Origin: Thermodesulfobacteriota bacterium
GTDB taxonomy: Bacteria > Desulfobacterota > Desulfobulbia > Desulfobulbales > SURF-16
DNA: 40,248 nt
Reading direction: 5' to 3'
NCBI GenBank assembly: GCA_039715015.1
Contig: JBDLIE010000022.1
Location: forward strand, 1-40,248
Below the pieces are notes generated by a model. The model worked only from the letters and a program-made list of their open reading frames with translations, did not search any database and was not told where the DNA came from. Shown piece after piece: positions 1 through 9,238 of this stretch (position 1 is its first letter; the number at the start of each line of letters is the position of its first letter). Both the position numbers and the translations under genes were made by a program.

Positions 1-115
<115 letters not shown>

Positions 116-169
116 TTAGTTCTAAATTTTATACAAACTGTATCAAGTACAGCGGATAGGTAAAATAAA

Positions 170-245
170 TGGAGCTCACGACCGGAATTGAACCGGTGAC
201 CTCATCCTTACCAAGGATGTGCTCTACCGACTGAGCTACGTGAGC
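170..245 (-). tRNA. tRNA-Thr (GGT)
   Basis: 76-nt cloverleaf GCTCACGTAGCTCAG...CATCC-TTGGTAA-GGATG...GGTTCAATTCC...GTGAGCTCCA with encoded CCA. Confidence 0.97.
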
Positions 246-261
246 TAACCTTCATCAAAAA

Positions 262-337
262 TGGAGCGGGAAACGAGAATCGAACTCGCGACCCTCAGCT
301 TGGAAGGCTGATGCTCTACCAATTGAGCTATTCCCGC
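262..337 (-). tRNA. tRNA-Gly (TCC)
   Basis: 76-nt cloverleaf GCGGGAATAGCTCA...TCAGC-CTTCCAA-GCTGA...GTTCGATTC...CCCGCTCCA. Confidence 0.97.
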
Positions 338-455
338 CAAATCTTGTATCTATATGTAAAATATAGAACAAGGAATATCGAATATGAAACAGGCACACAG
401 GCCGATCCTATTCGCCATTCCTTGTTCTACACCTTAAGTTCAGCAAGGCTGAAAA

Positions 456-540
<85 letters not shown>

Positions 541-696
541 AAAATATATAAACCCGGAAATTACCCGGGGCTTGCCAAACCGGCATCAAGTCAAAACTAA
601 AGATGCTCTTGCTGTCTTACCAGGCTTTTTAGCACTTTCAGCCAGGTAAGAAGTTAGCCTTTATAGCATAAGGCTGAAAAATCATAAAGTAAAAAA

Positions 697-772
697 TGGA
701 GCTGGCGATGGGACTCGAACCCGCAACCTGCTGATTACAAATCAGCTGCTCTACCAATTGAGCTACGCCAGC
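697..772 (-). tRNA. tRNA-Thr (TGT)
   Basis: 76-nt cloverleaf GCTGGCGTAGCTCA...GCTGA-TTTGTAA-TCAGC...GGTTCGAGTCC...CCAGCTCCA. Confidence 0.97.
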
Positions 773-783
773 AGAGCCGAAAC

Positions 784-812
784 AAATTAATCGCTCGCAC
801 CATAAAAATCAA
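784..812 (-). promoter_or_regulatory. Candidate sigma70 promoter of the tRNA-tuf operon
   Basis: Minus strand TTGATT-N17-TAATTT, ending 11 nt before tRNA-Thr(TGT). Confidence 0.55.
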
Positions 813-846
813 CACCTTTTTGCGCGAATTAAAAAACTGTTTCTAC

Positions 847-891
847 AAAAAAAAGAAAGGATGGAGAGGAACCTCCCTCCATCCTTTCTTT
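847..891 (-). terminator. Intrinsic terminator after qmoC
   Basis: 15-bp stem AAAGAAAGGATGGAG / CTCCATCCTTTCTTT followed by a T-run on the minus strand, about 18 nt after the qmoC stop. Confidence 0.85.
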
Positions 892-909
892 AATATATAA
901 GCGTACTGA

Positions 910-2106
910 TTAGGCTTCTTCTTGTTTTACAAAAGAAGAGTTGCGATAACGCTCAAAACAGTATGCTGCAGTACGATAAACAAGATGAGCAAACTTGGTG
1001 TATGGCATGTACAAAAAGAGCATCAGGACAGTAACGAGATGCAGGTAGTACATGAAGTACGCCAGAGGCGGCACACCAATAAGACGGCAAAGCTCAGCAC
1101 CGATACCGGTCACACCAACAGCCATGATTTCATAGATCAAGAACCAGTCATAGTAAGAGCCCTTAGCGCCACTTTTTTCTTCAGCAGCGGCACGGTTACC
1201 CCAGAGGATGCCGACACCAACAATAAGGGCAACTGCAGAGACATTGGCCAAGATTTTAAAGGGGTCTATGAGGCTTAAGGGGCCATGCATGCTGGGGATA
1301 AAGGCACCTAACACATCCTGTTTAAAGGCCGAATAGGCAGTTACACAGAGAAGACCGATAAAGGCCAGCATCAAAGGCTTATGACCCCGGGCACGATCGG
1401 CATTTTCGGTACATTCGCGAAAACGGTGATGGTCGATAATTTCTTTTACTGAAGGAACAAGAAAATCAACGACAAATTGTTTGACCGATGGCCTGAATTC
1501 AGCAGAGACATTATACTGCTTCTCCATATCCTTCCAAAGAGTTGTCACCCCTTTAAAGGTGGAGAAGATGGCAAGCCCAGCAGCAGGAAGCATTATGATA
1601 TCAATAAAGGCGACATTCTTGGACAGCCAGGGCCAATCCCAGTGACCGAAGAAGCTCCCAAAGCCATGATCGGCAAGGTATTCGGAGGTAGGCAGGTGCA
1701 TTCCTCCAGAGATAAACCACATCACCAGGATGATGATGGCCGGCAGACCAACGGTCATCGGCATCATTTTCGGATCACTTACCATTTTGGCCAGACCACT
1801 GGGAAAACCATAATGGGTGTACATATAGGCACGGATAGCACCGAGTACATCACCAGGCTTAGCACCACGGGGACAATACGCCGTACAGTCACCGCATTGA
1901 TGGCAAAGAAGAACATCTGCATCTGCAACCAGTTTGTCCTTAAGTCCCCACTGGGCCCAGATCATTTCTTTTCTGGGGAAGGGCTTTTTGTCTTCAGACA
2001 GCGGACATACAACGGAGCAGGTGGCGCACTGATAACATTTCTTCAGAGTGTCGCCGCCAGCGCTCTTCATGTATTTTATGAAATTTAAATCAGGATTTAC
2101 CCTCAT
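910..2106 (-). CDS. qmoC: Quinone-interacting membrane-bound oxidoreductase subunit C (Fe-S plus cytochrome b membrane domain)
   Basis: CYQCATCSVVCP and CHQCGDCTAYCP motifs, followed by several TM helices and C-terminal PYTKFAH. Follows qmoB. Start moved to ATG 2106 (MRVNPDL), which has a GAGGAG RBS. Confidence 0.95.
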   Translation of the reverse strand: MRVNPDLNFIKYMKSAGGDTLKKCYQCATCSVVCPLSEDKKPFPRKEMIWAQWGLKDKLVADADVLLCHQCGDCTAYCPRGAKPGDVLGAIRAYMYTHYGFPSGLAKMVSDPKMMPMTVGLPAIIILVMWFISGGMHLPTSEYLADHGFGSFFGHWDWPWLSKNVAFIDIIMLPAAGLAIFSTFKGVTTLWKDMEKQYNVSAEFRPSVKQFVVDFLVPSVKEIIDHHRFRECTENADRARGHKPLMLAFIGLLCVTAYSAFKQDVLGAFIPSMHGPLSLIDPFKILANVSAVALIVGVGILWGNRAAAEEKSGAKGSYYDWFLIYEIMAVGVTGIGAELCRLIGVPPLAYFMYYLHLVTVLMLFLYMPYTKFAHLVYRTAAYCFERYRNSSFVKQEEA

Positions 2107-2168
2107 TTTTTTCTCTCCTCTCTTGGTTGACCCGGTAATCGCGGGGTCAACCGGTACCGAGTTCATCT

Positions 2169-2214
2169 AAAAAAAATTTGGCTGGGCATTACAAATTGGC
2201 AATGCCCAACCAAA
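2169..2214 (-). terminator. Terminator-like hairpin between qmoB and qmoC
   Basis: Minus strand TTTGGTTGGGCATTGC-CAATTT-GTAATGCCCAGCCAAA is a 16-bp stem (2 G-U pairs) followed by 8 T. Confidence 0.65.
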
Positions 2215-2232
2215 AAGAGTGTTAACAATGGA

Positions 2233-4482
2233 CTAGAAGCCTTTAAATGGATTCGGTCCGAGTTCGAGGATTTCCTCAACAAACTCTTCGATGACCTCGG
2301 GTACCTTATTGTAGTCAGAAATTGCGACCTGACGAACACCGCAACGCTCGGGCTCAAGACCCAAGGTGCTCAAGGTGTCACCGATATTTTCCATACGCTT
2401 GTCAGCGATCTCAGAACCCTTCACAAAATGACACTGGTAATCGTCGCCGTACTTACAGCCCAAGAGCAGCGCACCGTCCATACCAGCAGACAGGGCGTCA
2501 CGAATCCAGGCCATATTCACAGAACCAAGACACCGAACAGGAATGACGCGGATCAGGTTGTTTACTGAATGCTTGCGCATGGCAGCCATATCCAGAGTCG
2601 GGTAGGCGTCATTCTCACAGGCAAAGACAATAATACGCAGCTTGTCATCCTCATCCTCAGGAACTTCAACGGCCTTAACCATGGAGCCGATCATATCGAT
2701 ATTGTAGTCCTTGAAGCCGATAATACGCTCAGGACAAGCACCCATACAGGTACCACAACGACGACAACGGGTGGGGTTAGGTAATGGAGTACCTTTCTCA
2801 TCATCATCCAGAGCACCGAACGGACATTCCTCAGTACACCGCTTACACTGGGTACATCTCTGCATAAAGAACTCAGGATAAGTAGCATCACCGGAACGGG
2901 GATGAACTGCAACACCGCGGTCAGCTGATTCCATGGCCTGGATGGCCTTAAGAGCTGCACCTGTGGCATCATCAATTGTCTCGTCCATGTTCATCGCCTT
3001 ACGGACACCACCACAGGTGTAAACACCTGTACGACGGGTCTCGTAAGGAAAACAGATGAAGTGAGAGTCTGAATAGCCGTCAAAAAGGTCAAGATCAAGG
3101 AAAGCCGGCCCCTGACGATAGGCCAGGTTAATGGTGTTTTCGTGCTTAGTGGTGGGCTCCATACCAGCGGCCAGAACAACCAGATCCACATCAAGCTCAA
3201 GGTCTTCACCAAGAAGGGTATCCTTGGCCTTTACAGTTCCACCTTCAACGCCGGTAACAGCAGCCTTGGTCAGGAAGATACCATCATCCTGCTGGACACC
3301 TTTATAGAACATCTCCATATGACCAGGAGTACGCATGTGCTGATAGAGGATGTACGCCTTAGCATCGGCATTGTTCTCACGAACATACTTAGCCTGCTTG
3401 AGGGCAACCATGGAGGTTACAGAGTTGGCATATGGAAAGTCCATATCATGCTCTTCTGCACCAGGGCTCATAACAAAGGCAACGGAATTAATACCGTCAA
3501 GCTTGCCTTCTTTGGCCATCTTTTCAAACTGGGCGTTGGTAACAACCTTGTCGTTGGAACCGTGACCAAGATGGTCATACTCGGAAACATCAGCAGGAAC
3601 CCAACCAGTGGCCAAAATAACTGCCCCAAATTTATCGGCATCAGGATTTTCAGCGGTGTAGACCTGAAGGCCGTCATTGGGATCTTCCATCTCGCCCTTG
3701 TCAATCAGGTCCTGCTCATCAACTCCAACCTTGGCCGGAGCATCCCACTCAGAGGAGGTGCCGGCAGGCTTGAGAGTGACAGCGAAATCACCAGGAGCAC
3801 CACCAATACGGGCAACTTCAGCACCGGTCTTAATGGTGATATTGGCATTACCTTCCACCTCAGCAATCAGAGCGCCGATGGTGGGCTCTTCCAGGTCAGC
3901 AAAAGGAGCCTTGGTGGGGAACTGCTTGGCCCAACCAAGAGCCTTACCACCAACCTGATCGGCCTTGTCAACGATGGTTACGTTGTAGCCAGCCTTGGCC
4001 GCTTCACTAGCTGCGGTGAGACCGGCAATACCACCACCCATAACCAGGATGTCTCTATGCATGGTCTCAAGCTTGAAGGGATCAGGAAGCTCAGTTTTCT
4101 GAGCTTGAGCACAGGCCATCCGGACATTATCAGCAGCCTGTTCAGTGGTGAATTCCTTAACGGTATCAGCGTCACGTTCCTCAGAAGGCTTCTGGGCGCA
4201 CCAGGCGGCACCTTCACGGATATTAGCGCGGACAGTAATATTTTCGTCACCGAAGTTAAACTCATCCTGCATAACACGGGGAGAGCAGGCACAGACAACA
4301 ACGGTATTCACACCGCCATCGACATCGCCTTGAATAAGTGAACGACCAGAGGCAGAACAGAGAGCCTCATGGGTCTTGGCCTCAAGACCGGCCTCAGAGG
4401 CCGCTTCAACCAGGTTGTCCATATCAACGGCATCGCCGATGCCACAACCTGCACATATATAAGTTCCAAATACTTTTGACAT
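2233..4482 (-). CDS. qmoB: QmoB (HdrA-like FAD/Fe-S protein fused to an MvhD-like domain)
   Basis: N-terminal CAGC...VCACSPR, FAD motif GGGIAG, ferredoxin CTQCKRCTEECP / CRRCGTCMGACP, C-terminal MvhD-like ACENDAYP...RCLGS...GCKYGDDYQCHF, ending GPNPFKGF. Confidence 0.96.
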   Translation of the reverse strand: MSKVFGTYICAGCGIGDAVDMDNLVEAASEAGLEAKTHEALCSASGRSLIQGDVDGGVNTVVVCACSPRVMQDEFNFGDENITVRANIREGAAWCAQKPSEERDADTVKEFTTEQAADNVRMACAQAQKTELPDPFKLETMHRDILVMGGGIAGLTAASEAAKAGYNVTIVDKADQVGGKALGWAKQFPTKAPFADLEEPTIGALIAEVEGNANITIKTGAEVARIGGAPGDFAVTLKPAGTSSEWDAPAKVGVDEQDLIDKGEMEDPNDGLQVYTAENPDADKFGAVILATGWVPADVSEYDHLGHGSNDKVVTNAQFEKMAKEGKLDGINSVAFVMSPGAEEHDMDFPYANSVTSMVALKQAKYVRENNADAKAYILYQHMRTPGHMEMFYKGVQQDDGIFLTKAAVTGVEGGTVKAKDTLLGEDLELDVDLVVLAAGMEPTTKHENTINLAYRQGPAFLDLDLFDGYSDSHFICFPYETRRTGVYTCGGVRKAMNMDETIDDATGAALKAIQAMESADRGVAVHPRSGDATYPEFFMQRCTQCKRCTEECPFGALDDDEKGTPLPNPTRCRRCGTCMGACPERIIGFKDYNIDMIGSMVKAVEVPEDEDDKLRIIVFACENDAYPTLDMAAMRKHSVNNLIRVIPVRCLGSVNMAWIRDALSAGMDGALLLGCKYGDDYQCHFVKGSEIADKRMENIGDTLSTLGLEPERCGVRQVAISDYNKVPEVIEEFVEEILELGPNPFKGF

Positions 4483-4493
4483 TGATCTTCCTC

Positions 4494-5744
4494 CTAGCGT
4501 CCAGCCTGAATGGCTTTCATTGCGGCCGCAGTAGAACTCTGGGCGCTGGTTACAACGTCAGCTGCTTTTTTAGCGCAGCCACATGAAATCATTCCTGCCT
4601 CTGGGTTGCTGACGATGAAACCGGAGGAATCTACATCCACTCCAAGCTCAGCAGCTTGAGCTGTTGCAGCAGGCTCCATACCGGTAGCCAGCACACAAAG
4701 ATCAACCTTCTGGCTAACCTTGTCACCGGTAACGGCATTCTCAGCAATCATGGTCACGCCGCCATCACCTTCGGCAACGATGTCAGCCACCTTGCCTTTG
4801 ATGAAATGAACGTTCTCATCAGCCATAATCTTCTCGCGAAACTTCTCGTATTTACCCGGAGTACGCAGATCAATGTAGAAAACATAGATGGGTGCTTCCG
4901 GATAACGCTCACGGATATAAGTGATCTGCTTCATGGTAGCCATACAGCAGATATAAGAACAGTACTCAAGGTGATTCTCGTCACGGGAACCGGCGCACTG
5001 AACAAAACCAAAGCTCTCTGGCTCTTTATCATCTCCAGGGCGGAGAATCTTTCCTTCAGTCGGACCATTAGGAGCCGCAAGGCGCTCCATTTGCATATTG
5101 CTGATAATGGCCTTTGAGGAGTTCGGCTTCAGATTGTCGAGCTTTTCGGTGTCGTAAGGATTCCAACCGGTGGCCCAGACAATTGAGTCTACATTCACTG
5201 TAAATTCTTCTTCTGCCATCTCAGTATCAATGGCGTTGTACTTACAGGCACCTACTACGGCCTCAAGGGTCTCAGGACTACAAGCGTCCTTATCAAGAAC
5301 ATACTTGGCAGGGAAAGCCATATCATGGGGACGATAAATGGCCTTTGACTTATTCATGCCAAAGTTAAAGTCGTTGTCACGCTCGTCGTTACAAGCCTCG
5401 GCGCAAGCATCGCAGCAGGTACAGTTGTTATTGACATAACGTGGAGCAGTAACACAGGTAACCTCAAAATTACCCGCGGAACCGGAAACGCTCTTAACGG
5501 TTGTCATGTTGTACATGCGGATGTTGCGATTTGCTTTTATTCTCTTGAAATTAATTTCAAGACCGCACGTCGGGGGGCAAAGCTTAGGAAAGTACTGATT
5601 GAGCTGGGCAACACGGCCGCCCATAAAAGCATTTTTTTCAACCAGAAAGACATCCTTTCCTACCTCTGCGGCTTCCAGGGCTGCTGTGAGACCACTGATG
5701 CCTCCACCAACGACCAGCACTGATCCAGAACTCTGATCTGTCAT
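4494..5744 (-). CDS. qmoA: QmoA (HdrA-like flavoprotein)
   Basis: VVGGGISG FAD motif, YFPKLCPPTCGLE, QCAGSRDENHLEYCSYICC. Lies between aprA and qmoB. GGAGGAG RBS. Confidence 0.96.
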   Translation of the reverse strand: MTDQSSGSVLVVGGGISGLTAALEAAEVGKDVFLVEKNAFMGGRVAQLNQYFPKLCPPTCGLEINFKRIKANRNIRMYNMTTVKSVSGSAGNFEVTCVTAPRYVNNNCTCCDACAEACNDERDNDFNFGMNKSKAIYRPHDMAFPAKYVLDKDACSPETLEAVVGACKYNAIDTEMAEEEFTVNVDSIVWATGWNPYDTEKLDNLKPNSSKAIISNMQMERLAAPNGPTEGKILRPGDDKEPESFGFVQCAGSRDENHLEYCSYICCMATMKQITYIRERYPEAPIYVFYIDLRTPGKYEKFREKIMADENVHFIKGKVADIVAEGDGGVTMIAENAVTGDKVSQKVDLCVLATGMEPAATAQAAELGVDVDSSGFIVSNPEAGMISCGCAKKAADVVTSAQSSTAAAMKAIQAGR

Positions 5745-6032
5745 GCCACTCCTCCATTTAGGAAAAAAGTATTAATAAAACCCTATCCTTTCTCACGTAT
5801 TTATCTCGCCTCAGTAGCTCTCCCTAAAACATGGCGAGAGATCTTGATTACGATGAGAATTACAGGAAATAAACAATTTAGCTGTTGACATTTACCAGAA
5901 ACTGAATGGCAAATCAATAAGAAAGAAGCCCATAATGAGCTCTGCCTCATTTCCATCTTAAATCGTTCTAGTCAATGCACCACGGAGCAGCAGCCAGGCC
6001 ATTTAACCAACAGAATTTCTCCCCAAAAAACC

Positions 6033-6073
6033 AAAAAAAAGTCCCCGATCGCCTTGCGGCAACCGGGGACTTT
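6033..6073 (-). terminator. Intrinsic terminator after aprA
   Basis: Stem AAAGTCCCCG...CGGGGACTTT followed by a T-run on the minus strand, about 37 nt after the aprA stop. Confidence 0.85.
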
Positions 6074-6110
6074 CTAAGCAACTAAAAGATAATCGCTTAT
6101 ACGATGTTGA

Positions 6111-8129
6111 CTAAACCCAAGGTTCGGTCTCAACAACGTTGATACACTCAACCTTCTCACACTTCCACTCCTGGGTCTTAGGATCGAAAGTAGAGTTAAC
6201 GAAAACTTTCCAGTTCTCATCATCACAGGTTGGGAAGTCAGAGCGGTAGTAGAAGCCTGGGTAGCGAGACTCCTGACGGAACTCAATGTGGCGGATGTGA
6301 GACTCAACACACCAGATGCGGTGGTAGTTCTCCCAAACGCGAAGGAGCTCATGGAGATCGCCGGCAGCCATCTTCGCTGCATCTTCGCGGAGAAGACGGA
6401 GCAGATCAAGGCAGATACCGAGGAGCTTACCAGAGGTCATGTAGTATGTTGCAACACCACCACCGTACTCATCAGTGGCCTTCATCAGACGCATCATGAT
6501 ACCGGCAGGCTTGCAGTAGTTGGGGTTAACGTCCTGAGCAGTGGTAGCACCTACGTGCTCATGCCACAGCTTAACTGGTGCGTAAACTTCATCAGCAAGC
6601 TCTTGAGGGGTCTGCATAAGCTCAGGGGTAAAGTCAGGATTGTCACGACAGAATTTAACCATCTGCTTAGCACAAATACGACCCTCAGCATGAGAACCGG
6701 AGGAGAACTTATGACCGGAAGCACCAACACCATCACCAGCGGTGAACAGACCGTCAACAGTAGTCATACGGTTGTAGCCCCACTTGTACTTATGAGCACG
6801 AGACTCATTAGCTACATCAGGTACCCAAGCTTCTTCAGGACCGGAGGTCCAGATACCACAACAGCCGGAGTGAGATCCAAGCATGTAGGGTTCTGTTGGC
6901 ATAATCTCGGAACCGACCTTCTCAGGCTCGATATCCATACCAGCCCAGAGGCCAGCCTGTCCAACAGACATATCAAGGAAATCTTCCCAAGCTTCAGACT
7001 CAAGATGCTTCCAGAACTTCTTAACATTCTTCTCGTCCATACCAGCTTCGCGACGCTCGTCAAGGAAAGCGTTAAGAGCAACATCGGTAGCCATGTAGAT
7101 AGGACCGCGACCTTCTTTAAGCTCGTTGAGCATAAGATGGTTACGAAGACAGGTAGGAGTAACAGGAGAAGCACCGTAAGGCATGAACTTACCAAGCTCG
7201 TCCTTAACAGAGTCACTGTTAGCATAGAACTCACCAAGGCCATTCTGTACTTTAGCTTTGAAGAGAAGGAACCAAGCACCAACAGGACCATAACCATCCT
7301 TGAAGCGAGCTGGGGTGAAACGATTTTCCATCATGGTCAGGGTAGCGCCAATCTGGGCACACATGGTGTAAGTGGAACCAGCATTCCATACTGGGTACCA
7401 AGCACGACCTTTACCTTCACCAGTTGAACGTGGACGGAAAATATTAACCGCACCACCACAAGCTACCATTGCAGTCTTACAGGTGAAAACATATACTTTG
7501 TTCTCACGAGTAGAGAAACCAACAGCGCCAGCAACCTGGTTGTCTTTGTTCTTGTCGAGGAGCATCTTAACGATGAAAATACGCTCGAGGCAGTTCTCTT
7601 CGCCGAGAGCAGTCTTTGCAGGCTCAGCAACGATGCACTTGTAGGACTCACCGTTGATCATGATCTGCCACTTACCGGTACGTACAGGAGTACCGCCTTC
7701 ACGCAGTGAAGGAGCAGGCTTGGCACCATCAAGGTTCTCGCCGTCAGCATCTTTCTTCCAGATTGGGAGTCCCCATTCTTCGAAAAGCTTAACAGACTCA
7801 TCAACGTGACGACCGAGGTCATAAATAAGATCTTCACGAACAACACCCATGAGGTCGTTACGAACCATTTTTACGTAGTTCTCAATAACGTTCTCACCGA
7901 TGTAGGTGTTAATAGCAGAAAGACCCTGGGCAACAGCACCGGAACGCTCCATGGAGGCCTTATCAACCAAAGTAACTTTCAGGCTCTCATCAGACCACTT
8001 ACGAATCTCAAAAGCGGTACCACAAGCTGCCATACCACCACCAACGATCAATACGTCGGTAGCAATCTCAACGATTTCCGGATTAGGCTCGGCGTTAATC
8101 TCACCTCTTGGCTTATTAGGTAATGCCAT
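6111..8129 (-). CDS. aprA: Adenylylsulfate (APS) reductase alpha subunit
   Basis: GGGMAACG, RSGAVAQGLSAINTY, GKWQIMINGESYK, RFKDGYGPVGAWFL, GHKFSSGSHAEGR, ESRYPGFYYR. Start set at ATG 8129 (MALPNKP) with AGGAG RBS. Confidence 0.99.
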   Translation of the reverse strand: MALPNKPRGEINAEPNPEIVEIATDVLIVGGGMAACGTAFEIRKWSDESLKVTLVDKASMERSGAVAQGLSAINTYIGENVIENYVKMVRNDLMGVVREDLIYDLGRHVDESVKLFEEWGLPIWKKDADGENLDGAKPAPSLREGGTPVRTGKWQIMINGESYKCIVAEPAKTALGEENCLERIFIVKMLLDKNKDNQVAGAVGFSTRENKVYVFTCKTAMVACGGAVNIFRPRSTGEGKGRAWYPVWNAGSTYTMCAQIGATLTMMENRFTPARFKDGYGPVGAWFLLFKAKVQNGLGEFYANSDSVKDELGKFMPYGASPVTPTCLRNHLMLNELKEGRGPIYMATDVALNAFLDERREAGMDEKNVKKFWKHLESEAWEDFLDMSVGQAGLWAGMDIEPEKVGSEIMPTEPYMLGSHSGCCGIWTSGPEEAWVPDVANESRAHKYKWGYNRMTTVDGLFTAGDGVGASGHKFSSGSHAEGRICAKQMVKFCRDNPDFTPELMQTPQELADEVYAPVKLWHEHVGATTAQDVNPNYCKPAGIMMRLMKATDEYGGGVATYYMTSGKLLGICLDLLRLLREDAAKMAAGDLHELLRVWENYHRIWCVESHIRHIEFRQESRYPGFYYRSDFPTCDDENWKVFVNSTFDPKTQEWKCEKVECINVVETEPWV

Positions 8130-8195
8130 ATTCAAATCTCCTTAAAATTTAGAAATTTATTGTGTTTTAATCAAATTCTGAGCGATGAATCTTCC

Positions 8196-8621
8196 TTAGG
8201 GAACCATGGTAGGTGTAGGAAGATCAGCCTCAAGAAGCAGGACCTCATCATCAAGATTAGCACCTTTCTCACCAACATAGGCGTTAGCAGCACCCTCAGC
8301 AGTTGTACGTACGGGGAACTTGAAACGCTTCATGGCGCCGTTACGGAACTTAACAGTCCACATAATGGAATCAGCACTTCTCATAGGATGAACCTGGCCA
8401 CCCATAGGTACGAAGTCATCGTAACCACGAACCATGATTGCACCCTGGGGGCAAATCTTAACACAGGAGTAACACTCCCAACAGGCATCAGGCTCCTGAT
8501 TGTAGGCCTTCATCTCCTCTTTGTTAAGAACCATCAGGTCGTTTGGGCAAATGTACATACAAGCAGTTTTGTCACCACCCTTGCAACCGTCACACTTGGA
8601 AGGATCTACATAACTTGGCAT
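8196..8621 (-). CDS. aprB: APS reductase beta subunit (2x[4Fe-4S])
   Basis: MPSYVDPSKCDGCKGGDKTACMYICP...CWECYSCVKICP...KRFKFPVRTT. GGAGG RBS. Confidence 0.99.
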   Translation of the reverse strand: MPSYVDPSKCDGCKGGDKTACMYICPNDLMVLNKEEMKAYNQEPDACWECYSCVKICPQGAIMVRGYDDFVPMGGQVHPMRSADSIMWTVKFRNGAMKRFKFPVRTTAEGAANAYVGEKGANLDDEVLLLEADLPTPTMVP

Positions 8622-8919
8622 TAAAATACCTCCTCAAAGGATTAATTGTTGATCTCACTACAATTGCGAAATCTGTCTTCTAAACCAATCGACTTAAAGC
8701 CCGTGATATACATCCGGCAAGACCACCGGTCACATGCTGGAAATCACAACGCCTTAAAGCCGTAAAAAAGCACCATTATACGAAAATGGGCGAGCAAAAG
8801 TGAAGCTTTTTTTCGCCCCGCAACTCATTGTTTTTACTGCACATTCTAAATACGGACAATAAATTCAATGGGTTACAAATGCAGAAAAATGAGTAGAGCT
8901 TCATTTTTTAACCCTATGA

Positions 8920-8948
8920 GATATAAAATTTCGCTATGATATTGTCAA
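8920..8948 (-). promoter_or_regulatory. Candidate sigma70 promoter for aprBA (implies an ~290-nt leader)
   Basis: Minus strand TTGACA-N17-TATATC in the AT-rich divergent intergenic region. Confidence 0.45.
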
Positions 8949-9238
8949 GAAAAAATCTATTGCTCAAATCGACAAAAGGAAATTCCAATTTATGGCCACG
9001 TTATGTGGTTTTTACTCCTGCATCCCACTCTACTGACAGGCTAAAAATACATAGGAACAGTTATTTCTTCTTTTTAACTAGAAATACAATTGACAACCCC
9101 TACCCTGCGTGCTTACTTGTTTGACCTTGATTATTTTGGACTGAGCAGGCATTCAATTAAAAGCTTACAGTAAGACAACCGCCTGTAATAATGTTCTTAT
9201 TTTAGTTTCATTTATTACATTATAAAGAGGTTCGCCCC

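Noticed and set aside
3142..7427. Long plus-strand ORFs (3142-4341, 6288-7427 and others)
   Set aside because: Antisense shadows of the codon-biased qmoB and aprA genes; no recognisable protein motifs.
2233..8621. Selenocysteine recoding in Qmo/Apr, prompted by selA nearby
   Set aside because: All these ORFs are full-length with no in-frame TGA. The premature stop in the PilZ remnant is TAG, so Sec read-through does not explain it either.
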